Shown here: one piece after another, positions 56,086 to 64,000 of the stretch
How the letters are laid out: the number at the start of each line of letters is the position of its first letter
How positions within the stretch are numbered: the first letter of the stretch is position 1
NCBI GenBank assembly: GCA_963701645.1
Contig: OY969616.1
Location: forward strand, 502,463-566,462
Length of the DNA stretch: 64,000 nt
Direction of reading: 5' to 3'
Origin: an uncultured bacterium
GTDB taxonomy: Bacteria > Babelota > Babeliae > Babelales > Vermiphilaceae
Notes under the pieces: generated by a model
Seen by the model: the letters and a program-made list of their open reading frames with translations, nothing else
What the model was told of the DNA's origin: nothing
Database searches by the model: none
Made by a program: the position numbers and the translations under genes

Positions 56086-57471
56086 ATGCAATTTGATAAA
56101 GAGTTTGTAAAAAAGACATTGCCCGAAGCGATTGTTGAAGGGGTAATTCCAGAAGACGTCGTTTTTGCAATTGATACGCGAACATTGCAACCAGGATCGA
56201 TTTTTATCGCACTATCTGGTGCGGTGTGTGATGGGCATGATTTCGTTGCAGAGGCATTTGAAAAAGGTGCCGCTGGTTGTATTATTGCTCGGCACAAGAG
56301 ATCTATACTTGACGGTATCTCAAAGCAGGTGCTATCGCAAAAACTTATTATACTCGTACCTGATACAAGAAAAGCGCTTGTCGAGCTTGCGCGAGCATGG
56401 AGACGGTTGTTTACCTATCCAGTATTTGGTATCACCGGTTCCGTGGGAAAAACATCAACAAAAGAGTTGCTTGGTATTATTGCGCAGCATCATGGTATGA
56501 ATGTGCTGGTGTCGCATGGAAACCAGAACACGTTGATAGGGTTACCGCTTAATATTTTGCGTATGCGTGCACATCACGATGCGGCAATTTTTGAGCTTGG
56601 AATATCGCGGCGCGGTGAGATGATAGAGCTTGCTGATATTGTGCGGCCAACAGCTGCTATTATTACTAATATTGGTCACCAGCATATGGACGGCCTTGGT
56701 TCTTTACAAGATATAGCGCTTGAAAAACGTGCGATTTTTAAATACTTTACTGAAAATGATATTGGCATTATTAACGGTGACCAGGGATTATTGTCCGATG
56801 TTGCGTACGCACATCCGGTTGTCCGGTTTGGATCAAAGACTATTAATCAGATTCAGGCGCGAAAAATACGAGTACAAGAAGGAACTATTCATTTTATTTT
56901 GAAAATTTATGGTAAAAAATATTCTGTTGCCTTGCCTCAAGTGCATGGCGGGTTTGTCTATAATATACTTTCAGCAGTAGCAGGTGCGCGATTATTGGGA
57001 ATTCCTGATAGCACTATTCTAGAAGCGATACAGATACCTATGGTGGTATTTGGCCGCTTTGAAGAGCGTTCTATTAGCAAAGGTGCGTTGAAGGGATGTA
57101 TTATTAATGACTGTTATAATGCAAGTCCGGAAAGTATGAAAGCGGCGTTATTGGCTTTTGAAAAAATACAAACATCAGCAGTAAAAGTTGCAGTGATTGG
57201 AGATATGTTGGGGCTTGGTGTTAATAGTCCTTTTTGGCATCGACAAATTGGCCGCTTTTTGCGAAAAGTTCCATCGCTCAAACGCGTTATCTTAGTTGGC
57301 AATCATGTGGTATGGACAAAAAAGACAGCGCCAGTGTATTTGCCCGTTACTGTTGTACAAAATTGGCAAGAGGCTATAGATCAACTTACACATGAACAGA
57401 ACCAGGTGGTGGTTTTAGTCAAAGGATCTCAGGCAATGGGTCTGAGCAATCTTGTTGGCAGTTTTACATAA
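56086..57471 (+). CDS. murF: UDP-N-acetylmuramoyl-tripeptide--D-alanyl-D-alanine ligase MurF
   Basis: ALSGAVCDGHDFVAEAFEKGAAG, the P-loop GITGSVGKTSTKE and DCYNASPESM. Confidence 0.9.
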   Translation: MQFDKEFVKKTLPEAIVEGVIPEDVVFAIDTRTLQPGSIFIALSGAVCDGHDFVAEAFEKGAAGCIIARHKRSILDGISKQVLSQKLIILVPDTRKALVELARAWRRLFTYPVFGITGSVGKTSTKELLGIIAQHHGMNVLVSHGNQNTLIGLPLNILRMRAHHDAAIFELGISRRGEMIELADIVRPTAAIITNIGHQHMDGLGSLQDIALEKRAIFKYFTENDIGIINGDQGLLSDVAYAHPVVRFGSKTINQIQARKIRVQEGTIHFILKIYGKKYSVALPQVHGGFVYNILSAVAGARLLGIPDSTILEAIQIPMVVFGRFEERSISKGALKGCIINDCYNASPESMKAALLAFEKIQTSAVKVAVIGDMLGLGVNSPFWHRQIGRFLRKVPSLKRVILVGNHVVWTKKTAPVYLPVTVVQNWQEAIDQLTHEQNQVVVLVKGSQAMGLSNLVGSFT

Positions 57472-57483
57472 TAATGAGAGGTA

Positions 57484-58374
57484 ATGGAAACAGGTGCTCC
57501 GCACATACCAGTGCTCGTACAAGAAGTCATTACCTATCTAGATCCGCGACCGGGTAAAGTGTATGTTGATGCAACATTTGGTGCTGGTGGCCACACGAAG
57601 GCTATCCTTGATTATGAACCGCAGTGCCGTGTTATAGCGGTTGACTGGGACCGCGTGTCCCTAGAACAGCATGGAGATCCTCTCAAAGAGATATATGATG
57701 ACCGGTTGCATCTTGTTTGGGGAAATTTTTCTATTATAGACCGTCTTATGGCCAAGGAAAAAGTAAAAAAAATTGATGGCGTGCTTGCAGATTTTGGCAC
57801 ATCTCAGATGCAAATTCAGGACCGTGCAGGTTTCTCTTTGTATAGAGATTCTCCTCTTGATATGCGAATGGCACCATCATATTATCAAGTGACAGCGCAG
57901 GATGTGTTAGCACAGAAATCAGAGAAAGAATTAGCCGATATTTTTTGGGCCTATGGGCAAGAAAAATATGGGCGAGCGATTGCACGTGCTATTGTCTATG
58001 CACGCCAAAAAAAGACAATTGCGACTACTGGGGATCTTGTGCAGGTAATTGAGCAGCTTTTGGGTAAAAAACAGGGGCGCATTCATCCTGCAACGCGAGT
58101 TTTTCAGGCATTACGTCTCTATGTTAATCATGAGCTTGATAATATCACTTCCTTTTTGCCTGCCGCGGTTCGTATGCTATCGGTGGGTGGCAGGTTTGTG
58201 TGTATAAGCTTCCATTCATTGGAAGATGTACGGGTAAAACAGTTTTTCAAAGAACAAGAAAAGGAGCAGGTGTTACATATTCTTACCAAACGCATTGTTA
58301 TTCCGACTGATTATGAAATTCATGAAAATCCATCATCGCGATCTGCACGATTGCGTGCTGCTGAGCGGGTTTGA
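57484..58374 (+). CDS. rsmH: 16S rRNA (cytosine1402-N4)-methyltransferase RsmH/MraW
   Basis: HIPVLVQEV..VDATFGAGGHT, DFGTSQMQI and HSLEDVRVKQFF. Confidence 0.95.
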   Translation: METGAPHIPVLVQEVITYLDPRPGKVYVDATFGAGGHTKAILDYEPQCRVIAVDWDRVSLEQHGDPLKEIYDDRLHLVWGNFSIIDRLMAKEKVKKIDGVLADFGTSQMQIQDRAGFSLYRDSPLDMRMAPSYYQVTAQDVLAQKSEKELADIFWAYGQEKYGRAIARAIVYARQKKTIATTGDLVQVIEQLLGKKQGRIHPATRVFQALRLYVNHELDNITSFLPAAVRMLSVGGRFVCISFHSLEDVRVKQFFKEQEKEQVLHILTKRIVIPTDYEIHENPSSRSARLRAAERV

Positions 58375-58427
58375 CGGTGTGTCGATGCGGTCAAAGAAAA
58401 ATATGTATAAAAAAGATGAAAGAATAT

Positions 58428-58455
58428 TTGACAAAAAAGATGCATATTATACAAT
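58428..58455 (+). promoter_or_regulatory. Putative promoter TTGACA-16-TACAAT for spoVG
   Basis: -35 at 58428-58433 and -10 at 58450-58455, 68 nt before the spoVG ATG. Confidence 0.5.
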
Positions 58456-58522
58456 TTAAGGGCGAGTTAAAGGAAGTACAGAAGCCAAACAAGAGATGTG
58501 ATAGTCTCTAAGGATTACAGCT

Positions 58523-58819
58523 ATGGAAATAACAGAAGTGAAAGTGTTTCCCGCAAAAGACGATGGCCGGCTTAAGGCATATGCGACAATAGTGTTTGAC
58601 AATAGTTTTATTGTCAGGGACTTGAAGGTCATCGAGGGAAATCGCGGATTGTTTGTTTCGATGCCATCGCGCAAGCGAAAAGATGGTACATTTCGGGATG
58701 TTGTGCATCCTCTCAATGCAGACACTCGTCGCATGATAGAGGAAAAGGTAATCGGCGAGTATACTCGCGTTGTGCAACTTGGTCCTGATTATGGAGCATC
58801 GGCAGAGGATGAAGAGTAG
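58523..58819 (+). CDS. spoVG: SpoVG family protein
   Basis: MEITEVKVFPAKDDGRLKAYATIVFDNSFIVRDLKVIEGNRGLFVSMPSRK is the canonical SpoVG N-terminus. Confidence 0.93.
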   Translation: MEITEVKVFPAKDDGRLKAYATIVFDNSFIVRDLKVIEGNRGLFVSMPSRKRKDGTFRDVVHPLNADTRRMIEEKVIGEYTRVVQLGPDYGASAEDEE

Positions 58820-58842
58820 TGTATTGAAATAAATTTGTCACT

Positions 58843-58916
58843 TGGGGCGTGGCCAAGCGGTAAGGCAACGGGTTTTGGTCCCGTGACCGGAGGTTCGAAT
58901 CCTTCCGCCCCAGCCA
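58843..58916 (+). tRNA. tRNA-Gln (anticodon UUG)
   Basis: Manual cloverleaf. Acceptor TGGGGCG/CGCCCCA. D-arm GCCAAGCGGTAAGGC. Anticodon stem ACGGG/CCCGT with loop TTTTGGT. T-arm GGAGGTTCGAATCCTTC. Discriminator G plus an encoded CCA. Confidence 0.92.
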
Positions 58917-59014
58917 TTTTTTTAAAAAACTGGCAAATAGACATATGTGCGCTATCGCATATCCTTTATTTATTTTTTCTATTTTCTCATAAAATTTCCA
59001 TTTGGATGTAATGC

Positions 59015-59644
59015 GTGAAGAAATATAATGGTGCCAGTGCAATTCTCCTTCTCGGTTCAAAGTCTGCATCACGGCAAATGTTGTTGCGTCAAGCGCAGAT
59101 TCCTTTTTTGTGCGTAGAACAGAGTGCTGATGAAACTGCCTGTGATTGGAATTTACCGCTTATACAGCTGGTCAATGCTATAGCGCTCTGCAAAATGGAG
59201 CATGTGATACTGCAGCCAGGCAAACAAGAAGGGGATATATGTTTTGTTCTTACCGCAGATACCATGTCTCAGGATCAAGATGGTACAATTCGAGGAAAGC
59301 CATCTGATCAAAGAGATGCAAAAACAAAAATTATTGCTGCACGTAATGGTGTCTTTTTATGTACCGCTTTTTGTCTTGATAAAAAAGTCTGGCAGAATGG
59401 ACAGTGGCAACATATGTACCGCATTAATCAACAAGTAACGTCGGAATTTTATTACGATGTTCCTGATGCATGGACGGATCTCTATCTCGAGCGCTCATGG
59501 AGTATGAACGCTTCAGGTGCCATTGCCGTTGAAGACTATGGTGCACAATTTCTAAAAACCGTTTCTGGTTCACATTCTACTATTATTGGATTGCCTATGT
59601 TTCAAGTGCGGCAGGCACTAGAAGATCTTAATTTTTTTCGATAA
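59015..59644 (+). CDS. maf: Maf-like nucleoside triphosphate pyrophosphatase
   Basis: GTG start. ILLLGSKSASRQMLL (compare LASxSPRR), TADTM and GAIAVEDYGAQF..GSHSTIIGLP are typical of Maf. Confidence 0.75.
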   Translation: MKKYNGASAILLLGSKSASRQMLLRQAQIPFLCVEQSADETACDWNLPLIQLVNAIALCKMEHVILQPGKQEGDICFVLTADTMSQDQDGTIRGKPSDQRDAKTKIIAARNGVFLCTAFCLDKKVWQNGQWQHMYRINQQVTSEFYYDVPDAWTDLYLERSWSMNASGAIAVEDYGAQFLKTVSGSHSTIIGLPMFQVRQALEDLNFFR

Positions 59645-59663
59645 GTCTTCTTGCTTATTTTTC

Positions 59664-59691
59664 TTTACAAAACATATATATGCATTACAAT
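59664..59691 (+). promoter_or_regulatory. Putative promoter TTTACA-16-TACAAT
   Basis: -35 at 59664-59669 and -10 at 59686-59691, upstream of the ATG at 59759. Confidence 0.4.
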
Positions 59692-59758
59692 GCGTAACGA
59701 GAACTAATTTTATAAGTCTTTTATTTTACATATTAAATAACTAAGAGGCATTATTACT

Positions 59759-61246
59759 ATGAAAAAAAGTTTGCGAAATGCGATTATTGTGCTATTAGGT
59801 TTGTACGTAGCCAATGGCTATGCATCGGAAAGAAAGTTCACAATCCCAGCTCCCGAATTTCCGTTTCCTAAGCTTTCGCTGGAGTCCTATGGTCGTGCGA
59901 CAGAATGGGCAGTTCGCAAAAATCAATCTGAAAACCCACGACCCAAGCTTCCTCCCAAAAGTCAAAGTGTAAAAAATATGATTTACCGTGGTCAAGTTAA
60001 TCCGAAAAAAATGGCACCTGCTCCAAATGAACGGAATGCGGAAAAAGTAGTGACCAGCTGGACGAGTGGTACTCCACAGAAGGAAAAGAGTCCTCGAGAT
60101 GCGACAAGTCCGCTTGCTAGTCCACGGATAAGTCCACTTACAAGTCCGATCGGAAGTCCACGAAGTTTGCGCATAAAAAGTAATAAAAGTCCGCGCGATG
60201 CACAGAGTCCTCGAGAAAATAAAAAGATTGGAAATTCTCAAGAAAAAACTCAAAACCAAGAAATAACTATGAAAGTGTATGATCTTACTCTTCCGGTAGG
60301 ACAAAAAGAGCAGAGAGTAGGACAAGAGAAGAGAGTATCTTTTATGGAGCCTATAACAAGACAAAGATCTTCTTCTTTGCCTGAAAAGAGTTCATCTGAT
60401 GAAAAGCTCCATTCAAATGAAGAGAATTTAACCATAGCTCTTTCTCCACGATCGGAGGATCTCGTTAAATACAAAGAGAAACTTGTGGATTTGATTGATA
60501 ATTTTAGGAGGGCACTACTCCAAGATTTAGAAAAGAGAAAGAATCTTTTAGAAAGAAAAAAGAAGAAATCAATCATGAAGCGTAAAAGAAAAAAAATCGA
60601 AACCGGGTTAGAAGTAATCAATGTAGATAGGGAAAATGTATATAAAATTATCAGCGATGTAACGGGTCTTTCTATTCGGGCATTGCAGCTTCCACAATTT
60701 CGTCTAGCTGGCATTATAGGCTACAAATTAGAAAATACAACATTTTTTAAAAATACTCAGCGATTGTTTTCAATGATAAAATATAATAGAAAGCAGCTAG
60801 CCAAGAAGGGAAATAAACAGGAAACAGAGGTGAGCCCTTTGCCAGCCCAACAAACGTTTAAAATGCGAAAACAAAAGTTGGAAAATGTTGAAAATCTTCA
60901 AACAGTGAAAGATAAGAAAATAAGTCCACCAACTTTTTCTCCGAGGGATGATGCATATGTTAAATACACGCAGAAAATGATGAACTTGATTGGTTGTTTC
61001 GATGATATACTCAAGCAAAATGTTGATAAAGAAAAAGTATACAGCATTATGAGCGACATCACTGGTTTCAGTATTCATGCACTGCAATCGAAAGAATCTT
61101 TAGAAAATACTGTCCTTAGCGAATTAGAAAAGAATAAACAACTTTTTAAGAATACCAAAAAGGTATCTTTAATTATAGGGCATAACAGACGCGAGCGCCT
61201 TGCAGGTGATAGTGAAAATGAAAAAAAAATTGTTGCTAAACAGTAA
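59759..61246 (+). CDS. Secreted basic protein with an SPRx repeat tract and a duplicated C-terminal module
   Basis: Signal peptide MKKSLRNAIIVLLGLYVANGYA. KSPRDATSPLASPRISPLTSPIGSPRS..KSPRDAQSPRE. Two copies of an SPRxD..YxKx..VYxIxSDxTGxSIxALQ module. Confidence 0.8.
   Translation: MKKSLRNAIIVLLGLYVANGYASERKFTIPAPEFPFPKLSLESYGRATEWAVRKNQSENPRPKLPPKSQSVKNMIYRGQVNPKKMAPAPNERNAEKVVTSWTSGTPQKEKSPRDATSPLASPRISPLTSPIGSPRSLRIKSNKSPRDAQSPRENKKIGNSQEKTQNQEITMKVYDLTLPVGQKEQRVGQEKRVSFMEPITRQRSSSLPEKSSSDEKLHSNEENLTIALSPRSEDLVKYKEKLVDLIDNFRRALLQDLEKRKNLLERKKKKSIMKRKRKKIETGLEVINVDRENVYKIISDVTGLSIRALQLPQFRLAGIIGYKLENTTFFKNTQRLFSMIKYNRKQLAKKGNKQETEVSPLPAQQTFKMRKQKLENVENLQTVKDKKISPPTFSPRDDAYVKYTQKMMNLIGCFDDILKQNVDKEKVYSIMSDITGFSIHALQSKESLENTVLSELEKNKQLFKNTKKVSLIIGHNRRERLAGDSENEKKIVAKQ
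60089..60217 (+). repeat. Coding Ser-Pro-Arg low-complexity repeat tract
   Basis: AGTCC(N)CG(N)GA-type units recur, encoding an SPRD/SPRI/SPRS series. Confidence 0.8.
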
Positions 61247-61297
61247 AAAGAAGCATGGTTACAAAATCAAAATCGGTTCTCAGTTAAAGGTATTATT

Positions 61298-62803
61298 ATG
61301 ACACAGAAAATTTTACAAAATTCAGTAGCCGTTCTATTAATTATTTGCATGGCCAATATTTATGCGGCAGAGCAGCAGTGGAAAGTTGCAGAAAAGCAGA
61401 TCGCAGGGAAACAGCGCCGCGGTTCTGATGCTTCAGTTCATGAGCGCAGGGTTGTTCCTCCCATTCCGACGAGCACCAGTGTAAGGGATATTAATTCTCC
61501 TCGTACCCCAAGCCCGAAAAAGTCTTTTGCAATAAATGCAGTAAAACCCATAAAAGTTCCTACAAGTCCACGAACTGCAAGGCGGGGTGAGATTGTTGAG
61601 AGTTTACAAAATACAAAAAAGATTGAATATGAAGAGAGTCCACGAGATGCAAAAAGCCCTGGAAAAAAACGTAATAGTTCTCGACGTAATAGTTCAAAAC
61701 ATAGTAGTCCGCGAGATGCAAAAAGTCCTGCGAGAGACCCAGGAAGTCCTGTAGAAAAACGTAATAATTCACGACATAATAGTCCAAAAAAGAGTAGTCC
61801 ACGAGAAGATGCAAAAAGTCCTGCAAGAGAGCAAGGAAGTCCTGGAAAAAACCGTATTAGTCCTCGTACAGATCCTCAACCTGAAAAAGAAGCGTTGCCT
61901 GAAAAAACAACGGTATATAATCTTATTTCTCTTTCTCAAGAAGCAAAAAGGAAGGTATATGATTTTGTTTCTTTTCCAGTAACAAATAATAATATGCAAA
62001 AGAACCCGGTAAATACGCAAGAGAGGCGAAAGCATATGAGAAAATATTCATCGGTGAGTAGTTTTAGTGGGACAAGTTCAACATTTATGGAAAGTAATGA
62101 TTCAGGGGAGAGTAATTTAAAGAAGAGCGATTCAAGTACAGCAACACTTGACCTTGCTGTTGAGGGAATGGTGAGTGATCTAAGTGAACTTTTTATCCGT
62201 TCAAAACAATATCCAACCGTAAGAGCAAACTCAGCCTATGGTCCTGTAATGAGAGATTGGGGAAAAGAAAAAAAATCGATTCAAAAAGAAAAGCTACATT
62301 CTCCAGAAAAATCGCCAGTTCAGCAAAAAAAACAAGAGATACTGCCGGTAAACGTGGCATCAGTTCAGCCGGAGGAGCCGAAGAAATTAATTCGTTCGCC
62401 ACGAGATTTTGCTACGGAAGAAAAATATGCTAACAGTCTTATTTGTGTGCTGAATAAATATAAGATGCCGTTGAAGTTTTTAGCAAAACAAAGAAAATCT
62501 TTGGAAGAAAAAATAAAAAATAAACAGGGTCTAGTGTGGGCTAAAAAAAAGAAGAAAACATTGAAGAATGATCTAGTAATAGTGAGAAAAAGCGAAAAAT
62601 GTTTGCAAGAAATTGTACAAGATTCTTTAGATGTTGATCCTTACCTGCTTCAATTTGATGAAGAAAAATTGAAAGGAGTAATAGTGACTAGATTCAAAAA
62701 TGATCTATTATTTTATACTCATACTATAAACTATCTTGATCTTCAGGCGGGACAATGCAAAAAAAATTCAGGATCTAAGGATGCTGATAAAAGCTCAGAG
62801 TAA
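61298..62803 (+). CDS. Secreted basic protein with SPRDAKSP / SPKK-type repeats
   Basis: Signal peptide MTQKILQNSVAVLLIICMANIYA. Three about 24-30-aa units: SPRDAKSPGKKRNSSRRNSSKHS / SPRDAKSPARDPGSPVEKRNNSRHNSPKKS / SPREDAKSPAREQGSPGKNRISPR. Confidence 0.8.
   Translation: MTQKILQNSVAVLLIICMANIYAAEQQWKVAEKQIAGKQRRGSDASVHERRVVPPIPTSTSVRDINSPRTPSPKKSFAINAVKPIKVPTSPRTARRGEIVESLQNTKKIEYEESPRDAKSPGKKRNSSRRNSSKHSSPRDAKSPARDPGSPVEKRNNSRHNSPKKSSPREDAKSPAREQGSPGKNRISPRTDPQPEKEALPEKTTVYNLISLSQEAKRKVYDFVSFPVTNNNMQKNPVNTQERRKHMRKYSSVSSFSGTSSTFMESNDSGESNLKKSDSSTATLDLAVEGMVSDLSELFIRSKQYPTVRANSAYGPVMRDWGKEKKSIQKEKLHSPEKSPVQQKKQEILPVNVASVQPEEPKKLIRSPRDFATEEKYANSLICVLNKYKMPLKFLAKQRKSLEEKIKNKQGLVWAKKKKKTLKNDLVIVRKSEKCLQEIVQDSLDVDPYLLQFDEEKLKGVIVTRFKNDLLFYTHTINYLDLQAGQCKKNSGSKDADKSSE
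61637..61870 (+). repeat. Imperfect in-frame tandem repeats encoding SPRDAKSP... units
   Basis: AGTCCACGAGATGCAAAAAGCCCTGG, AGTCCGCGAGATGCAAAAAGTCCTGC and AGTCCACGAGAAGATGCAAAAAGTCCTGC. Confidence 0.85.
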
Positions 62804-62836
62804 TTGTCGTGTCCCTTCCCATTAATATTTTTTAAC

Positions 62837-62865
62837 TTTACAATTAATTTGAATATTTGTAAAAT
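62837..62865 (+). promoter_or_regulatory. Putative promoter TTTACA-17-TAAAAT
   Basis: -35 at 62837-62842 and -10 at 62860-62865, 49 nt before the ATG at 62914. Confidence 0.35.
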
Positions 62866-62913
62866 TAAAATAAGGGTTTTTAGTGTTTGTATAAAAAAAA
62901 AGGAGATCTTGCC

Positions 62914-63543
62914 ATGAGATACGGCAGAGTAGTTTTTGTGTGTATACCATTTTTGTTATCAGGTATATATGCAGCGGAAAAGCGTAAAGATAAAAAAAAT
63001 GATGGTGGTACAATGTATACCAATGCCCGTCCATCGGCAGTGTATATAAAAAAAGAAGAAAAATTTTCTCAGGAAAAAAAAGATTTGCATAAATCTGCGG
63101 AAAAAGCTTTTATTCATCATGGGTTTAAACCGGTAAAATCAAAACATGAAGGTGTGCGAACATTATTGCGGGGAGAAAAGCAACAAAATCAAAATAAAAA
63201 ATCATCTCATGCTAAAAAGCCAGCAAATTATGATATAGAACAGATAAAGGCAATATTGGATGAGCTGGTGATAAAGAGTGAGGAGGCAGGAAGGAATGTA
63301 CCTCCGGAAAAGAAAAAAATTTGGAAAATTGTGCATGAGGGGCTTAGGAAGGTATGTCAAGATATCGTAGATTTTAATGAGCAGTCGTTTCGGGGAAAAA
63401 ATAAAGTTTTTATTCCTTTTATATCTGAGAATGATGGTCCAGATCCCATGCCGCATATTGTAACTAAAGCATTGGTTTTATCTACTATGAAAAATAATAA
63501 AAAGAAGGGTCCTGAAAATCAGAATGAGAAAGACCCTTCTTGA
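62914..63543 (+). CDS. Small secreted basic protein (209 aa), third member of the local cluster
   Basis: ATG 62914 with an AAGGAG RBS. Signal peptide MRYGRVVFVCIPFLLSGIYAAEK, like its neighbours. Lys-rich. Confidence 0.7.
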   Translation: MRYGRVVFVCIPFLLSGIYAAEKRKDKKNDGGTMYTNARPSAVYIKKEEKFSQEKKDLHKSAEKAFIHHGFKPVKSKHEGVRTLLRGEKQQNQNKKSSHAKKPANYDIEQIKAILDELVIKSEEAGRNVPPEKKKIWKIVHEGLRKVCQDIVDFNEQSFRGKNKVFIPFISENDGPDPMPHIVTKALVLSTMKNNKKKGPENQNEKDPS

Positions 63544-63546
63544 TTA

Positions 63547-63999
63547 TTAGTTGATATATTTATTATGGGGCTTCCATCGTTTTAGAAGCTCATTAAACAG
63601 CACTTCTTTGGGATTTTGGTCAGGATTATGTTCCATAGTAATTGTTGCTTTTTCAAGACTTGTTTGTACAACTGCATCAGTGCAGATAGTTGTGTCGATA
63701 TGATCTATCGCAGGAAGTAACTTTTTTTCCTTAGCTTGTTGTACAATTTGTTCTTGCATAGCAAGTCCTAAAAGAGATTCAAGAATATTGAAAAAATCTA
63801 TGATGCTATAATGGAGCTCTTCTTGATTCTGATGGTCAATTTCTTGAATCTTTTTCTGAAGGCCCGTATTTAAAGCCTTAGTAATAAGTTTTTTGAGTTT
63901 TTCAGAATCATTTTCGGCAAGCCAGGAAAGAAGACAAAGAAGTTCGTAAGAAATAGATAATTGGGCATTGTTGGTGGTGGTGAAATTATTGTCATGCAT
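63547..63999 (-). CDS. Hypothetical protein (at least 150 aa; may extend beyond the window)
   Basis: Open frame convergent with 62914-63543. Helical-looking, with no recognisable motif. The first ATG is 1 nt from the window edge. Confidence 0.5.
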   Translation of the reverse strand: MHDNNFTTTNNAQLSISYELLCLLSWLAENDSEKLKKLITKALNTGLQKKIQEIDHQNQEELHYSIIDFFNILESLLGLAMQEQIVQQAKEKKLLPAIDHIDTTICTDAVVQTSLEKATITMEHNPDQNPKEVLFNELLKRWKPHNKYIN

Positions 64000-64000
64000 G

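Noticed and set aside
58713-59072. 119-aa minus-strand ORF
   Set aside because: It overlaps tRNA-Gln and the spoVG and maf ends, so it is spurious.
1-64000. Mobile elements, prophage, defence islands, toxin-antitoxin pairs
   Set aside because: I could recognise no transposase, integrase, recombinase, restriction-modification, Cas, abortive-infection or small paired-ORF signatures in any frame. The accessory content consists instead of exported paralog families.

Overview
This is an AT-rich (by eye, not computed) 64-kb stretch of a diderm bacterial chromosome, read with the standard genetic code. It holds about 46 densely packed protein genes and one tRNA. I saw no rRNA, CRISPR array, transposase, integrase or phage genes. 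Conserved housekeeping genes are grpE, lepA, gyrA, dprA, a troABCD-type metal ABC importer, rpmF-plsX-gltX-fabD-acpP, ftsK, murF, rsmH, spoVG, tRNA-Gln and maf. They are interleaved with lineage-specific blocks of signal-peptide or membrane-anchored paralog families. (i) A four-gene operon of giant paralogs (838-1189 aa) at 28001-40991 shares patchwork blocks of identical DNA, a mosaic, gene-conversion-like architecture; this is the most unusual thing in the window. (ii) There are five porin-like beta-barrel paralogs: 3531-4802 and a four-gene array at 45969-53447. (iii) A secreted paralog family plus an HExxH protein lies at 11788-17659. (iv) A signal-peptide BTB/Skp1-like + WD40 protein is inserted inside the metal-transporter operon. 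(v) Three secreted proteins with SPRD/SPKK-type Ser-Pro basic repeats lie at 59759-63543. (vi) A short hairpin (REP/RPE-like) repeat family occurs in intergenic DNA and once inside a coding 5' end. The fatty-acid (fab) cluster is eroded, and its FabD homolog has lost the catalytic Ser and the malonyl-binding Arg. Gene content suggests a host-dependent or intracellular lineage; Dependentiae/TM6-like is my guess and is inference only. All identities were read by eye and no searches were run.
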